DNA from: Candidatus Magasanikbacteria bacterium RIFOXYC2_FULL_42_28
GTDB lineage: Bacteria; Patescibacteriota; Patescibacteriia; Magasanikbacterales; GWA2-37-8
Direction of reading: 5' to 3'
DNA: 53,703 bases
Assembly (NCBI GenBank): GCA_001784435.1
Contig: MFQZ01000004.1
Coordinates: 1 to 53,703 of the forward strand
Below are positions 1 to 12,238 of the stretch, in pieces (the first letter of the stretch is position 1; every line of letters begins with the position of its first letter). Made by a program: the position numbers and the translations under genes. Below the pieces are notes generated by a model. That model saw only the letters and a list, made by a program, of their open reading frames with translations. It searched no databases and was not told the DNA's origin.

Positions 1-56
1 TCGCTAAATTGGAAGAATTCAAAACAAAGCATCCCACTGCTGGGGTATTATATTAA
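1..56 (+). CDS. 3' end of a further (upstream) copy of the LRR gene, truncated by the window edge
   Basis: Identical to 1050..1105, encoding AKLEEFKTKHPTAGVLY-stop. Confidence 0.85.
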   Translation, partial: AKLEEFKTKHPTAGVLY

Positions 57-69
57 CCTTAAAAAAATT

Positions 70-93
70 AAATACTAATTTAAATTAGTATTT
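70..93. repeat. Perfect 24-bp palindrome aaatactaatttaaattagtattt (also 1119..1142 and 2168..2191)
   Basis: Self-complementary by inspection. One copy per tandem unit, just after each LRR stop codon. Confidence 0.95.
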
Positions 94-106
94 CACCCCC
101 AAACCA

Positions 107-1105
107 ATGTCCCAATCCTGCTCCCAATTAACCACCAAATTAAAACACCTGCAAACACTGCAAGGTGAATTTCAGCTTGTTTTGGCAAGTTATTTACAAA
201 CCGGCACAGACGCGGACAAAGCCAAATTGGAACAATTAAAACAAGCGATTGAGATTGCCAAAAATGAATATGAACGCGCGGGTTTGGTAAAAGTGGAGTG
301 GGTTAATGCATACCGAACCAAACACCAAATAATCGCCAAACAGGTTATTATTTTGGAATACATTAAAAAACAAATTGGCGGTTTTCAAATCAATTCTAAT
401 CAATATGGCGAAGTTGAACTGCTTAATATTAATAACAATGGCTCCGCGACCCCCACTATTAATGAAGCTCTTAAGTTTACTAATAAATTAAATGGTTTAA
501 AACGTTTTTTTTGCTCCAACACCCAACTATCCCAACTACCCAAATTGCCGGATAGTTTGCAAGAGCTTTTTTGCCACATTAACCCCCAACTATCCGAACT
601 ACCCAAATTGCCGGATAGTTTGCAAGCGCTTAATTGCTCCAGTAACCCCCAACTATCCGAACTACCCGAATTGCCAGATAGTTTGCAAGCGCTTAATTGC
701 TCCAGTAACCCCCAACTATCCAAACTACCCGAATTGCCAAATAGTTTGCTAGGGCTTTATTGCCATAATAACCCCTTACTATCCAAACTACCCAAATTGC
801 CAAATAGTTTGCAAGGGCTTAATTGCTCCAATAACCCCTTACTATCCAAACTACCCAAATTGCCAAATAGTTTGCGAGGGCTTAATTGCTCCGACAACCC
901 CCAACTAACCGAACTACCCGAATTGCCAGATGGTTTGCAAGGGCTTAATTGCTCCAATAACCCCCAACTATCCGAACTACCCAAATTGCCAGATAGTATC
1001 ACATACATAGACATCCGAAACACCCCGGCCGCCCAAGACCCCAAAGTAATCGCTAAATTGGAAGAATTCAAAACAAAGCATCCCACTGCTGGGGTATTAT
1101 ATTAA
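107..1105 (+). CDS. Leucine-rich repeat protein, 21-aa bacterial-type LRR (IpaH/SspH/YopM-like repeat), N-terminal helical/coiled-coil region
   Basis: About 8 repeats of LxxLPxLPxSLxxLxCxxNPx with 63-bp periodicity. No NEL ligase domain visible. Confidence 0.9.
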   Translation: MSQSCSQLTTKLKHLQTLQGEFQLVLASYLQTGTDADKAKLEQLKQAIEIAKNEYERAGLVKVEWVNAYRTKHQIIAKQVIILEYIKKQIGGFQINSNQYGEVELLNINNNGSATPTINEALKFTNKLNGLKRFFCSNTQLSQLPKLPDSLQELFCHINPQLSELPKLPDSLQALNCSSNPQLSELPELPDSLQALNCSSNPQLSKLPELPNSLLGLYCHNNPLLSKLPKLPNSLQGLNCSNNPLLSKLPKLPNSLRGLNCSDNPQLTELPELPDGLQGLNCSNNPQLSELPKLPDSITYIDIRNTPAAQDPKVIAKLEEFKTKHPTAGVLY

Positions 1106-1155
1106 CCTTAAAAAAATTAAATACTAATTTAAATTAGTATTTCACCCCCAAACCA

Positions 1156-2154
1156 ATGTCCCAATCCTGCTCCCAATTAACCACCAAATTAAAACACCTG
1201 CAAACACTGCAAGGTGAATTTCAGCTTGTTTTGGCAAGTTATTTACAAACCGGCACAGACGCGGACAAAGCCAAATTGGAACAATTAAAACAAGCGATTG
1301 AGATTGCCAAAAATGAATATGAACGCGCGGGTTTGGTAAAAGTGGAGTGGGTTAATGCATACCGAACCAAACACCAAATAATCGCCAAACAGGTTATTAT
1401 TTTGGAATACATTAAAAAACAAATTGGCGGTTTTCAAATCAATTCTAATCAATATGGCGAAGTTGAACTGCTTAATATTAATAACAATGGCTCCGCGACC
1501 CCCACTATTAATGAAGCTCTTAAGTTTACTAATAAATTAAATGGTTTAAAACGTTTTTTTTGCTCCAACACCCAACTATCCCAACTACCCAAATTGCCGG
1601 ATAGTTTGCAAGAGCTTTTTTGCCACATTAACCCCCAACTATCCGAACTACCCAAATTGCCGGATAGTTTGCAAGCGCTTAATTGCTCCAGTAACCCCCA
1701 ACTATCCGAACTACCCGAATTGCCAGATAGTTTGCAAGCGCTTAATTGCTCCAGTAACCCCCAACTATCCAAACTACCCGAATTGCCAAATAGTTTGCTA
1801 GGGCTTTATTGCCATAATAACCCCTTACTATCCAAACTACCCAAATTGCCAAATAGTTTGCAAGGGCTTAATTGCTCCAATAACCCCTTACTATCCAAAC
1901 TACCCAAATTGCCAAATAGTTTGCGAGGGCTTAATTGCTCCGACAACCCCCAACTAACCGAACTACCCGAATTGCCAGATGGTTTGCAAGGGCTTAATTG
2001 CTCCAATAACCCCCAACTATCCGAACTACCCAAATTGCCAGATAGTATCACATACATAGACATCCGAAACACCCCGGCCGCCCAAGACCCCAAAGTAATC
2101 GCTAAATTGGAAGAATTCAAAACAAAGCATCCCACTGCTGGGGTATTATATTAA
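1156..2154 (+). CDS. Leucine-rich repeat protein, identical copy
   Basis: Same translation as 107..1105. Confidence 0.9.
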   Translation: MSQSCSQLTTKLKHLQTLQGEFQLVLASYLQTGTDADKAKLEQLKQAIEIAKNEYERAGLVKVEWVNAYRTKHQIIAKQVIILEYIKKQIGGFQINSNQYGEVELLNINNNGSATPTINEALKFTNKLNGLKRFFCSNTQLSQLPKLPDSLQELFCHINPQLSELPKLPDSLQALNCSSNPQLSELPELPDSLQALNCSSNPQLSKLPELPNSLLGLYCHNNPLLSKLPKLPNSLQGLNCSNNPLLSKLPKLPNSLRGLNCSDNPQLTELPELPDGLQGLNCSNNPQLSELPKLPDSITYIDIRNTPAAQDPKVIAKLEEFKTKHPTAGVLY

Positions 2155-2218
2155 CCTTAAAAAAATTAAATACTAATTTAAATTAGTATTTTCAATAAAT
2201 TGTAAGATTCCAAAATGA

Positions 2219-4267
<2,049 letters not shown>

Positions 4268-4348
4268 AAAAATAATAGTCAAAGTATTTGTATAAATCAA
4301 CGCATTGGTTTATAATATACTAACATAATTATTAAGTATGTTATAAGT

Positions 4349-5221
4349 ATGTTAATTGAACAATTGCTCGCTATCGCACAAAAAGGCTCGGAAAAGCCAC
4401 TGGTATTGTGGCTTGATGAGTTTCGGGTTTTGGCCGATAATCTACTGCCTAATTTGGAGGTGTTAGCCAATGAAATTGACCAAGAAACCGATGTTGTCGC
4501 TAATTTACAAAAATTGATTGCAGTTCTAAAAGAAGATAGTCCCAAAGAAATTGAACTTTCGCGTTGTTTATCGCATATTGCGGATGTCTTAGACAAGAAA
4601 GCGGGAGGACGGAGTAATGAAACGGTAAGTAATTATTTACGTTCGGTAATGCAATTTACAAATTTGGCTCAAATGGGGGAATTTGCCGGCCAGACGAGAA
4701 ATAATTTAAAAAATAAATTATCTATTCAGGACCAAAAAGATTATGATTTGAAATTATTTAAACACGAAGGCATGCTGTATTGTTTGGAATATTATTTAGC
4801 TTTGTATAAAGCGACAGTTGACACTCCTGACGAAAAAAATAAAAGAAAATATATCGAAAATATTGAAATTAATTTGGGTTTTGGCAAAGTGCCTGGTTTG
4901 TGGATAGATTTTAGCCGTAATGAGGTGTTAAATAAGTTTATCTATTTAGTGTTAGAAGATGAATTAAGATTACAGTTATTGCGGATATATTTTGATTTAA
5001 AATTGAAATTAATGAAAATAGAAATGCATTGTGATAAGCAGATGGTTTGCCAAGCGAAGTATAATTCTATTACCATTGAAGAGGTTGTTGGTGCGTATAA
5101 ACATTTTTTGGCAGAACTATTGACAGTTTTTCATAATGTTGGTGTGGAAAATTTGACTAGTTTATTTTTTAAGCCATATGGCGATAAGCCAGCTGTAAAT
5201 GAAGTTATTAAAATGCTTTAA
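4349..5221 (+). CDS. Hypothetical protein, 290 aa
   Basis: Long ORF with genome-like codon usage. No motif recognised. Confidence 0.8.
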   Translation: MLIEQLLAIAQKGSEKPLVLWLDEFRVLADNLLPNLEVLANEIDQETDVVANLQKLIAVLKEDSPKEIELSRCLSHIADVLDKKAGGRSNETVSNYLRSVMQFTNLAQMGEFAGQTRNNLKNKLSIQDQKDYDLKLFKHEGMLYCLEYYLALYKATVDTPDEKNKRKYIENIEINLGFGKVPGLWIDFSRNEVLNKFIYLVLEDELRLQLLRIYFDLKLKLMKIEMHCDKQMVCQAKYNSITIEEVVGAYKHFLAELLTVFHNVGVENLTSLFFKPYGDKPAVNEVIKML

Positions 5222-5245
5222 AATATTATTTTTAAAATTAATTTT

Positions 5246-7849
5246 ATGCCAGTAGACACAAAAGACGACAAAAATAAAAAAGAACTAAGCCCCAAAGAAC
5301 AAGCAGAAGTAGAGGCAGGGTGGCAGAGCGCCGCTGCCAAGGTAGTTCGTGAGAGTGGTGCGGAAACAGAGCTTGTTAGTTTGTTGTTAGAACCTAACAG
5401 TCCGGATTCACCGGCCGAATCTACCGTTGAATCAACTGGATCAGAGCCAATAACGCCAGAAGTAACAAAGTCGGCGGAAGAGCGCGAGCAAATGTCAACT
5501 GAAGAAGTTGTAAAACTATTGGGTGATATTGCCGAATTTCGTCTTCGGAAATTTGTAAATATTGACAATATTAAAGAGTATGTGGATAATATTAAATATT
5601 CAGATGTCAAAGTGCCACACAAAGTTAAAGTAGAGGCGATGGCGCGCGTAAGTGATTACTTGTCTCACTTAGCGAAGAGTAGGGCTGATTCTTGTGCGCG
5701 AACTGAAGTGGCACATATGTTGATAATACTTCAAGCCGTTGATAGTTCAATGGTGGAAGGTGAAATGGAAAAATTGTATCGTACTTTTGCGTTGAATGGA
5801 GACAGGGCGACGGCTAGGGTATGCAAAGATATTACTGGGATTGAGGAGCCAGAATATACTGAAGAGGAAGAGGAGAAGTCCGGCAGTTGGTCTGTGGTAG
5901 AGCCAATAGTTGATGGCGGTGATTTGTGTATTTGCGAGTGGAATAAAGAATGCGACGCGTATGTGATGGTAATTCCCAAATCAAGATACCAAAATTTATC
6001 TCATATGTTTGTTTTGTCCGACCGACGTGAAGATGCTGAAAGGGTCTTTGCTTTTGCTAAAAGTAAATTTGAAGAGATTGATTTAGAACAGTTTAAGACG
6101 CTTGACGATGAAAATTTAGACCCCAAAATTCGTTATGAATTAAAACACAAGAAAGATGAATTGATAAAGCACCAATCAACCATAGTTTATAAGGAAACTC
6201 TTAAATATGCGAGAGAAACGGTATTAGGTTCTCCAGAAGCATCAGAATATCATATGAGTCGTTTGGATCCGGAGAAAGACAACGCTACTGCCGTTCGTTT
6301 GCTTAATGATATTGATAATATACAAGGTGATGATAATTTGACTGTTGCTGACGCTAAAATCGAGCATATTAAGAGCATACTTGACGCAAATAAACATATG
6401 CCTGATACCCAGCGTGATCAATTGATCGCACTGACAGATTTTTTGCGTGAATCGCGTGATATTGAAGAAAAGAGAGCGAAAGAATTGCAGGCAACAAGCC
6501 TGCCGGCTAGAAAAACTGGAATAAATAATTCATATGATAGGCAAACAAAATCAGCTTATAATTCATTTCTTAAAAAAGTGGGGGATAGTAAAAAGAATTT
6601 TCGAGAATGGCGAGACAAAATGATTCAGCAAGGGTTGTTGCGAGCTGAATTGGTAAGTACTTCTATATATAAATCACCACTGCGTGGTTTGGTTGATAGT
6701 AGTGATTGGGAATTTATGGTTAGGCCGGTTCCGGGCAAGAATGAACAGTTAAAAGACGCCGCCTATCAACTAGCAATTGAAAAGCAGAATAATAAATTAT
6801 ATTTGCTTAGTGAATCGGATCGAAAATTGCGTGGTGAAGATTGGGATAAAGCCGTTGTCAAAAAAAGAGCGGAAGTATTGGCGGATATTAAAAAAGAAAT
6901 AAAAAGAGCGATTAAATTTGGCGAAGGAAAAGTCCAATGGCCGTTTAATACTCTTTTTAGAGGTAGATTTATTGGTGAGAATGAATTGTCAGGTTCAAGG
7001 ATGGAACGTTCACAAAATAAGGAATTTCTGAAGGATCTGTTTTTAGACCCAGATTTTATTAGTAGTATCTGCGAAAGAGGTCAGAATACTGTGGTTTTGC
7101 GAGAATTAGTAAAAATGTTGAAAGAAGCTTACCCAGAGGAAGGGGATGCTTTGGCAGCGGCGACATTTGATAAGTTTTTAACCGCCAGAGAACAAGCGGA
7201 TATTGAGATTGGTCGATCCAAGGGAGAAGCACCGGAGGATGGTGAATATAAATTGGCGACAACGCGATTTCGTGTCTTTGGGAGAAGGATGCAAGAATTT
7301 GGGATTGATGTTAAATTTGATCAGTTGACATCGGTTGATGATGAGATAATAAGAAAAATTGAGCCAGTGATGATTTTGATGGACGATGATGATGAACTGC
7401 GACGACAATATTTAGAGCTTATTAAAAAACATCTGGGCGAACAAGGGGTAGCTGATATGGTTAAAAACGTATTCTTTTTAAGTTTAATAGAAGATCCACA
7501 AAAGAAGCATGCGTTACAGTCGACTGCTGAGTTTTATCATAATTTTGATACTACCTCTTCTATTCTTCGGTTTTTTAATCAAAGCGGTGTGTTGGACTTA
7601 GCCCAAGCTCGGGCGTTAGTCGCGGAAATTGAAAAAATGGTCACAGAGAGAGCTGAAAATGGAGCTAGAAGTGGTTATGACACAGAAAGAGAACTGAAAG
7701 ATGTTAGATTGGCTATTAATTCGGTTTTTGCGGGAGAGATTGATGCTTCATTAACATTCTTGGCTCAATTAGGACTTGATCCTGCGAAAGTTAGCGCCGA
7801 ACAGTTGGATGTGATAAAGGCGGCGGTAGCTGGGGCAATGAAAAAATAA
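5246..7849 (+). CDS. Hypothetical acidic, helical protein, 867 aa
   Basis: Long ORF. No motif recognised. Confidence 0.85.
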   Translation: MPVDTKDDKNKKELSPKEQAEVEAGWQSAAAKVVRESGAETELVSLLLEPNSPDSPAESTVESTGSEPITPEVTKSAEEREQMSTEEVVKLLGDIAEFRLRKFVNIDNIKEYVDNIKYSDVKVPHKVKVEAMARVSDYLSHLAKSRADSCARTEVAHMLIILQAVDSSMVEGEMEKLYRTFALNGDRATARVCKDITGIEEPEYTEEEEEKSGSWSVVEPIVDGGDLCICEWNKECDAYVMVIPKSRYQNLSHMFVLSDRREDAERVFAFAKSKFEEIDLEQFKTLDDENLDPKIRYELKHKKDELIKHQSTIVYKETLKYARETVLGSPEASEYHMSRLDPEKDNATAVRLLNDIDNIQGDDNLTVADAKIEHIKSILDANKHMPDTQRDQLIALTDFLRESRDIEEKRAKELQATSLPARKTGINNSYDRQTKSAYNSFLKKVGDSKKNFREWRDKMIQQGLLRAELVSTSIYKSPLRGLVDSSDWEFMVRPVPGKNEQLKDAAYQLAIEKQNNKLYLLSESDRKLRGEDWDKAVVKKRAEVLADIKKEIKRAIKFGEGKVQWPFNTLFRGRFIGENELSGSRMERSQNKEFLKDLFLDPDFISSICERGQNTVVLRELVKMLKEAYPEEGDALAAATFDKFLTAREQADIEIGRSKGEAPEDGEYKLATTRFRVFGRRMQEFGIDVKFDQLTSVDDEIIRKIEPVMILMDDDDELRRQYLELIKKHLGEQGVADMVKNVFFLSLIEDPQKKHALQSTAEFYHNFDTTSSILRFFNQSGVLDLAQARALVAEIEKMVTERAENGARSGYDTERELKDVRLAINSVFAGEIDASLTFLAQLGLDPAKVSAEQLDVIKAAVAGAMKK

Positions 7850-7942
7850 GTGTTTAGTAAGAAATAATTTTCATTTTTCCATTTTTCAATATTTATGCTA
7901 TAATAATAAATAGCTAAAAAAACTTAAATATAGTGATTTTTC

Positions 7943-10933
7943 ATGTCCAACATTCGCTGGTTTAAAGAACTCACAATCAAGGACGTTCCGCTCGTGGGTG
8001 GCAAAAACGCTTCCTTGGGCGAGATGTATCAAAAATTAAAGAAAAAGGGCGTGCCTGTTCCTAATGGTTTTGCGTTGACGGCTTCGGCCTATCGCGAATT
8101 TTTGACACATAATAAATTAGATAAAAGAATTAAACAGGCATTAAAAGGATTGGATGTAAAAAATGTGCGGGCGTTGTCGGCGGCGGGTAAACGGGTGCGG
8201 ACAATGATTTTGAGTGGTGAGTTTCCGTTAGAAATGAAAAAGGAGATTGGCGGTGCATATAAAAAATTGAGTGCCGACTCCCACCGCCCCCTCGCCCCCT
8301 CCTCGGGCAGGAGGGGGAATGCGACCGATGTGGCGGTGCGCTCGTCGGCGACCGCCGAGGACTTACCTGATGCTTCTTTCGCCGGCCAACAAGAAACATA
8401 TTTGAATGTGGTAGGTGAAAAAGCGCTTTTGGACGCGGTGCGAAAATGTTTAGCATCGTTATTTACCGATCGCGCGATTTCGTATCGTGAAGCCAAAGGT
8501 TTTGATCATTTTGCGGTGGCGCTTTCGGTTGGTGTGCAAAAAATGGTGCGTTCGGATTTGGGCTCGTCGGGCGTAATGTTTACCCTTGATACTGAAAGTG
8601 GTTTTAACGGCGTGGTTTTAATTAACGCGGCCTATGGTTTGGGCGAATATATTGTTAAGGGCCGGGTAACACCGGATCAATTTTTTGTTTTCAAAGATGG
8701 CGTGAAGCGTGGGTTTAAATCAATTGTCAGTCGCCGGCTGGGCACGAAAGACGCGCGTTTGGTTTATGGTAAAGGTGGCGGTACAAAATCAGAAAATGTA
8801 AAAATGTCTGATCAAAAGAAATTTTGTATTACCGAAGAGCAAGTGATTACGCTGGCCAAGTGGGGTGTAAAAATTGAAGAACATTATGGACACGCGATGG
8901 ATATTGAGTGGGCGTTGGACGGTCAAACGAACGAATTATTTATCGTGCAAGCGCGTTCGGAAACCGTGAAGGGTCGTTCAGACAAAACTGTCATTGAAAC
9001 CTATCGTTTAAAAAGTAAAAGTAAAATTTTAGCAACCGGAATTAGTGTTGGCCAAAAAATTGGGCAAGGGCGCGTGCGGATTATCAATTCCCCCAAACAA
9101 ATGAAACAGTTTAAGGCGGGCGAAGTGTTGGTAACGCGAATCACCGATCCTGATTGGGAACCAATTATGCGGGTGGCATCAGCGATTATTACCGAACAAG
9201 GTGGTAAAACTTCGCACGCGGCGATTGTCTCACGCGAATTAGGCGTGCCATGTATCGTGGGCGCAGTCAAAGTGCGACAACTTTTAAAACAAGGTCAAGA
9301 AGTGACGGCCTCGTGCGCGGATGGCGAAATCGGTTATATTTATCAAGGCCATTTGCCGTTTGAAGTGGAAAAAACCGAATTGAAAAATTTACCGGAAACA
9401 AAAACAAAAATAATGATGAATGTCGGCAATCCGGATTCGGCTTTTTCTTTGGCCAATATTCCGTGCGATGGCGTTGGTCTCGCGCGCGAAGAATTTATTT
9501 TCACCAATTTTATAAAAATTCATCCGCTGGCTTTAATAAATTTTGATAAATTAACTGATCACGCGGTAAAAACAAAAATTAACGAATTAACATTGGGTTA
9601 CACTGATAAAAAACAATTTTGTATTGATAAATTAGCCGAGGGTATCGCGTTTATCGCGACCGCCTTTTATCCGCATGATGTAATTGTGAGGTTGTCTGAT
9701 TTCAAAACTAATGAATACGCGACTTTAATCGGCGGAAAAGATTTTGAACCAAAAGAAGAAAATCCCATGATTGGTTGGCGGGGAGCGTCGCGCTATTATG
9801 ATCCCAAATACAAGCCCGGGTTTGCGTTGGAATGCGCGGCATTTAAAAAAGCGCGCGAACAGTGGGGCTTAAAAAATATTATTGTGATGGTGCCGTTTTG
9901 TCGCACGGTAGAAGAAGGTAAAAAAGTGTTGGCGGTGATGAAAGAATATGGTTTGGAGCGCGGCAAAGACGGCTTACAAGTATATGTAATGTGCGAAATC
10001 CCATCCAATGTAATTTTGGCCAAAGAATTTTCCGAAATTTTTGATGGGTTTTCGATTGGGTCCAATGATTTAACGCAATTGACTTTGGGAGTTGACCGTG
10101 ATTCGCAGTTAGTCGCGCATGTTTATGATGAAAATAATTTAGCGGTGAAGACATTGATTCGCCAAGTGATTGAAGTGGCGCATAAATATAAACGCAAAGT
10201 AGGTATTTGCGGACAAGCGCCCAGCGATTATCCGGAGTTCGCGCAATTTTTAGTGGCTGAAGGGATTGATAGTATTTCGTTAAATCCTGATACGGTAGTA
10301 AAAACAAAAATTAAAATTAGCGAAGAAGAAAAAAAGTTGGGTATTAACTTGTCATCCCGACTAAGTCGGGATCTCTCTAAAAATATCGCCACCAAAGCGT
10401 TGTCGGTATTAGGTGTAATTGGCTTGGCTTTGATGTTAACCGGTTATACTTGCGAGGCGGTGAATTATAATAAAAAGGCGGAAGAAATTAAAACGAGCGT
10501 GAACGCTCAACTCGCGGAATTTAAAAATGAATATCAGGCCGAATTGAAAAAAATTCAGGAGCGACCCCAGCATTATCAAGAAACCGGCCTTGCGCAATTT
10601 TATTTGAGTTACCCAAATGGGTGGATGATAAAACACAGTGAAAATAGAGTGGAGTTTTTTAGTCCTGATGGCCCCGGTGATTTTATAATTTTTTCAGGAG
10701 AAAATCGGTACGATCCAATGTTGGGAGAAAAAATTGCCACTGGCACCTGGTTTGGGTATGATTTTAAACGATTTAAACCGGTTATTCTCGCGGTTTCTTT
10801 ACAGACAAACAGTTATGAAGTAATGGAATTATACGAAACCGTTAACAAAAAATCAGTGAAAGTAATGGAATTTTTTGGTGATAGTGAAAATTTTGATAAT
10901 ATTTTAAACACGATTAAAGATTTTAAAATTTAA
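7943..10933 (+). CDS. ppsA: Phosphoenolpyruvate synthase with about 200-aa C-terminal extension (TM helix plus putative extracytoplasmic domain)
   Basis: VGGKNASLGEM, VAVRSSATAEDLPDASFAGQQET, GGKTSHAAIVSRELG (phospho-His), EENPMIGWRGASRY, GFSIGSNDLTQL, GICGQAPSD. Confidence 0.97.
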   Translation: MSNIRWFKELTIKDVPLVGGKNASLGEMYQKLKKKGVPVPNGFALTASAYREFLTHNKLDKRIKQALKGLDVKNVRALSAAGKRVRTMILSGEFPLEMKKEIGGAYKKLSADSHRPLAPSSGRRGNATDVAVRSSATAEDLPDASFAGQQETYLNVVGEKALLDAVRKCLASLFTDRAISYREAKGFDHFAVALSVGVQKMVRSDLGSSGVMFTLDTESGFNGVVLINAAYGLGEYIVKGRVTPDQFFVFKDGVKRGFKSIVSRRLGTKDARLVYGKGGGTKSENVKMSDQKKFCITEEQVITLAKWGVKIEEHYGHAMDIEWALDGQTNELFIVQARSETVKGRSDKTVIETYRLKSKSKILATGISVGQKIGQGRVRIINSPKQMKQFKAGEVLVTRITDPDWEPIMRVASAIITEQGGKTSHAAIVSRELGVPCIVGAVKVRQLLKQGQEVTASCADGEIGYIYQGHLPFEVEKTELKNLPETKTKIMMNVGNPDSAFSLANIPCDGVGLAREEFIFTNFIKIHPLALINFDKLTDHAVKTKINELTLGYTDKKQFCIDKLAEGIAFIATAFYPHDVIVRLSDFKTNEYATLIGGKDFEPKEENPMIGWRGASRYYDPKYKPGFALECAAFKKAREQWGLKNIIVMVPFCRTVEEGKKVLAVMKEYGLERGKDGLQVYVMCEIPSNVILAKEFSEIFDGFSIGSNDLTQLTLGVDRDSQLVAHVYDENNLAVKTLIRQVIEVAHKYKRKVGICGQAPSDYPEFAQFLVAEGIDSISLNPDTVVKTKIKISEEEKKLGINLSSRLSRDLSKNIATKALSVLGVIGLALMLTGYTCEAVNYNKKAEEIKTSVNAQLAEFKNEYQAELKKIQERPQHYQETGLAQFYLSYPNGWMIKHSENRVEFFSPDGPGDFIIFSGENRYDPMLGEKIATGTWFGYDFKRFKPVILAVSLQTNSYEVMELYETVNKKSVKVMEFFGDSENFDNILNTIKDFKI

Positions 10934-10934
10934 T

Positions 10935-11171
10935 ATGGCAGAAAGAAAAAATCCGGCCGATGAGGCGGTGTTTGGTAATTTAGCCGATGATGTCGAAACA
11001 TCCCAGTTAGTAGAAGGCCTGTCTTCTTTAAGTAATTCTTTAGCGTTAGTTGGTGATGGTAAAGTGCGCAAAATTAAAACACGTCAAGATTTAGCAAAAG
11101 CGCTTGGTGTTGAAGATGTGAAACCAAATTCCAATCCAATTATTGTTGAAAAGTTAAATAACAACTCATAA
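10935..11171 (+). CDS. Small hypothetical protein, 78 aa
   Basis: Starts 1 nt after the ppsA stop and is followed by a terminator. Confidence 0.65.
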   Translation: MAERKNPADEAVFGNLADDVETSQLVEGLSSLSNSLALVGDGKVRKIKTRQDLAKALGVEDVKPNSNPIIVEKLNNNS

Positions 11172-11176
11172 ATCCA

Positions 11177-11215
11177 AACAAAAAAACGTCCCAAAAATTG
11201 AGACGTTTTTTTGTT
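11177..11215. terminator. Bidirectional intrinsic terminator between convergent genes
   Basis: aacaaaaaaacgtc ... gacgtttttttgtt inverted repeat with A- and T-tracts. Confidence 0.85.
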
Positions 11216-11222
11216 GTTCGTT

Positions 11223-11741
11223 CTATTTTTTATTGGCAAAATAAGCCACGACAGATAATCCAAACGCCGTTACCGCCATCAGCGGAATTGTAATATAACC
11301 ATAAGTCAAAACAAATTTCTGCGCGCAAGAAACCGAATAACCAACCACGCCACAGGCCACGCCCGACACTACGCCTAATTGTAACAGGTAATGATAAATT
11401 GCGATTAGTCCACCAATGACCGATAGCGGTAAAGTATAAGCAAGCATCGCACCGGCACGTTTTTTAGCAAAAGCGGTAATTAGTAAAATTACTTGCGGAT
11501 ACATAAAAATTCTTTGCGCCCAGCATAGTTTGCACGGTTCATAGCCGGCAATTTCGGAATAAAATAAACTGCCGAGCGTGGCAATGGTGACGGCCACGAG
11601 CGCCAAGTGTGGAGCGTATTTGCGAATCAGCTCACGGTATTTATGGTTTGGCCAGAAAATTATTAAAGCTAAATGTTTTAAAATTATAATTTGTCCGATA
11701 ATAGTGAGGATTGATAAAATCGTGGTGATAGTTGCGGTCAT
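11223..11741 (-). CDS. dsbB: Disulfide bond formation protein B (DsbB/BdbC family)
   Basis: YEPCKLCWAQRIFMYP motif, several TM segments, second Cys pair. Confidence 0.9.
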   Translation of the reverse strand: MTATITTILSILTIIGQIIILKHLALIIFWPNHKYRELIRKYAPHLALVAVTIATLGSLFYSEIAGYEPCKLCWAQRIFMYPQVILLITAFAKKRAGAMLAYTLPLSVIGGLIAIYHYLLQLGVVSGVACGVVGYSVSCAQKFVLTYGYITIPLMAVTAFGLSVVAYFANKK

Positions 11742-11744
11742 ATA

Positions 11745-12113
11745 TTAATTTAGTGGACAGCCGGTTTTGTCAGCCAATTCTTGCGGTGTAAATACGCGCG
11801 AGGTTTTTTCTCCATTTGAAAATACCCAAGTTGGATAGCTACTAATTCCCACGTCATTACAAACTGGTAATTGACCTTTGCCGTCGGGAGTGGAACATTC
11901 GGTGTAGGGGAGTAGTTTAGCGGATTTACCAAATTCGGCTTTTTGATCTTGGCAATGTGAGCACCAAAACGCGCCGTAAAAAATAGCGCCTTTGTCTTTT
12001 AAACAGCGCGCCAAATTGTCATATTGGCCCGGGCGAGATTTGGCGTAAAAAATTAGGCCGATTACTACGACAATGGTACCAATAATTAAAATAGTTGGTA
12101 AATATTTTTTCAT
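11745..12113 (-). CDS. Membrane-anchored thioredoxin-like protein (probable start ATG 12113)
   Basis: N-terminal TM helix, FYGAFWCSHCQDQK CxxC motif, cis-Pro-type SYPTW. Adjacent to dsbB. Confidence 0.85.
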   Translation of the reverse strand: MKKYLPTILIIGTIVVVIGLIFYAKSRPGQYDNLARCLKDKGAIFYGAFWCSHCQDQKAEFGKSAKLLPYTECSTPDGKGQLPVCNDVGISSYPTWVFSNGEKTSRVFTPQELADKTGCPLN

Positions 12114-12238
12114 GGGTATATTGTAACACAAAAAATTTGTGATTTCAACATCTCACCAAGTGCTCCTGCGCGAGAAGCATTTGGTGAGATGGCGCAGGGG
12201 TGAAGGTGCGCGCCACACCTCACGCGGAACCGGACGGC

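Larger units (their letters stand above)
1..2191. repeat. Tandem direct repeat, unit 1049 bp, about 2.1 units visible, continuing past the window start
   Basis: tcgctaaattggaagaattc recurs at 1, 1050 and 2099. The two full ORFs translate identically. Identity ends at 2191. Confidence 0.97.

Noticed and set aside
520-1010. 63-bp periodic repeats as a possible CRISPR array
   Set aside because: They are in-frame LRR codons with no unique spacers. No cas gene or repeat-spacer array was seen anywhere in the window.
400-2135. Minus-strand ORFs of 107-109 aa with repeats (400..723, 757..1086, 1449..1772, 1806..2135)
   Set aside because: Antisense shadows of the repetitive LRR coding sequence.
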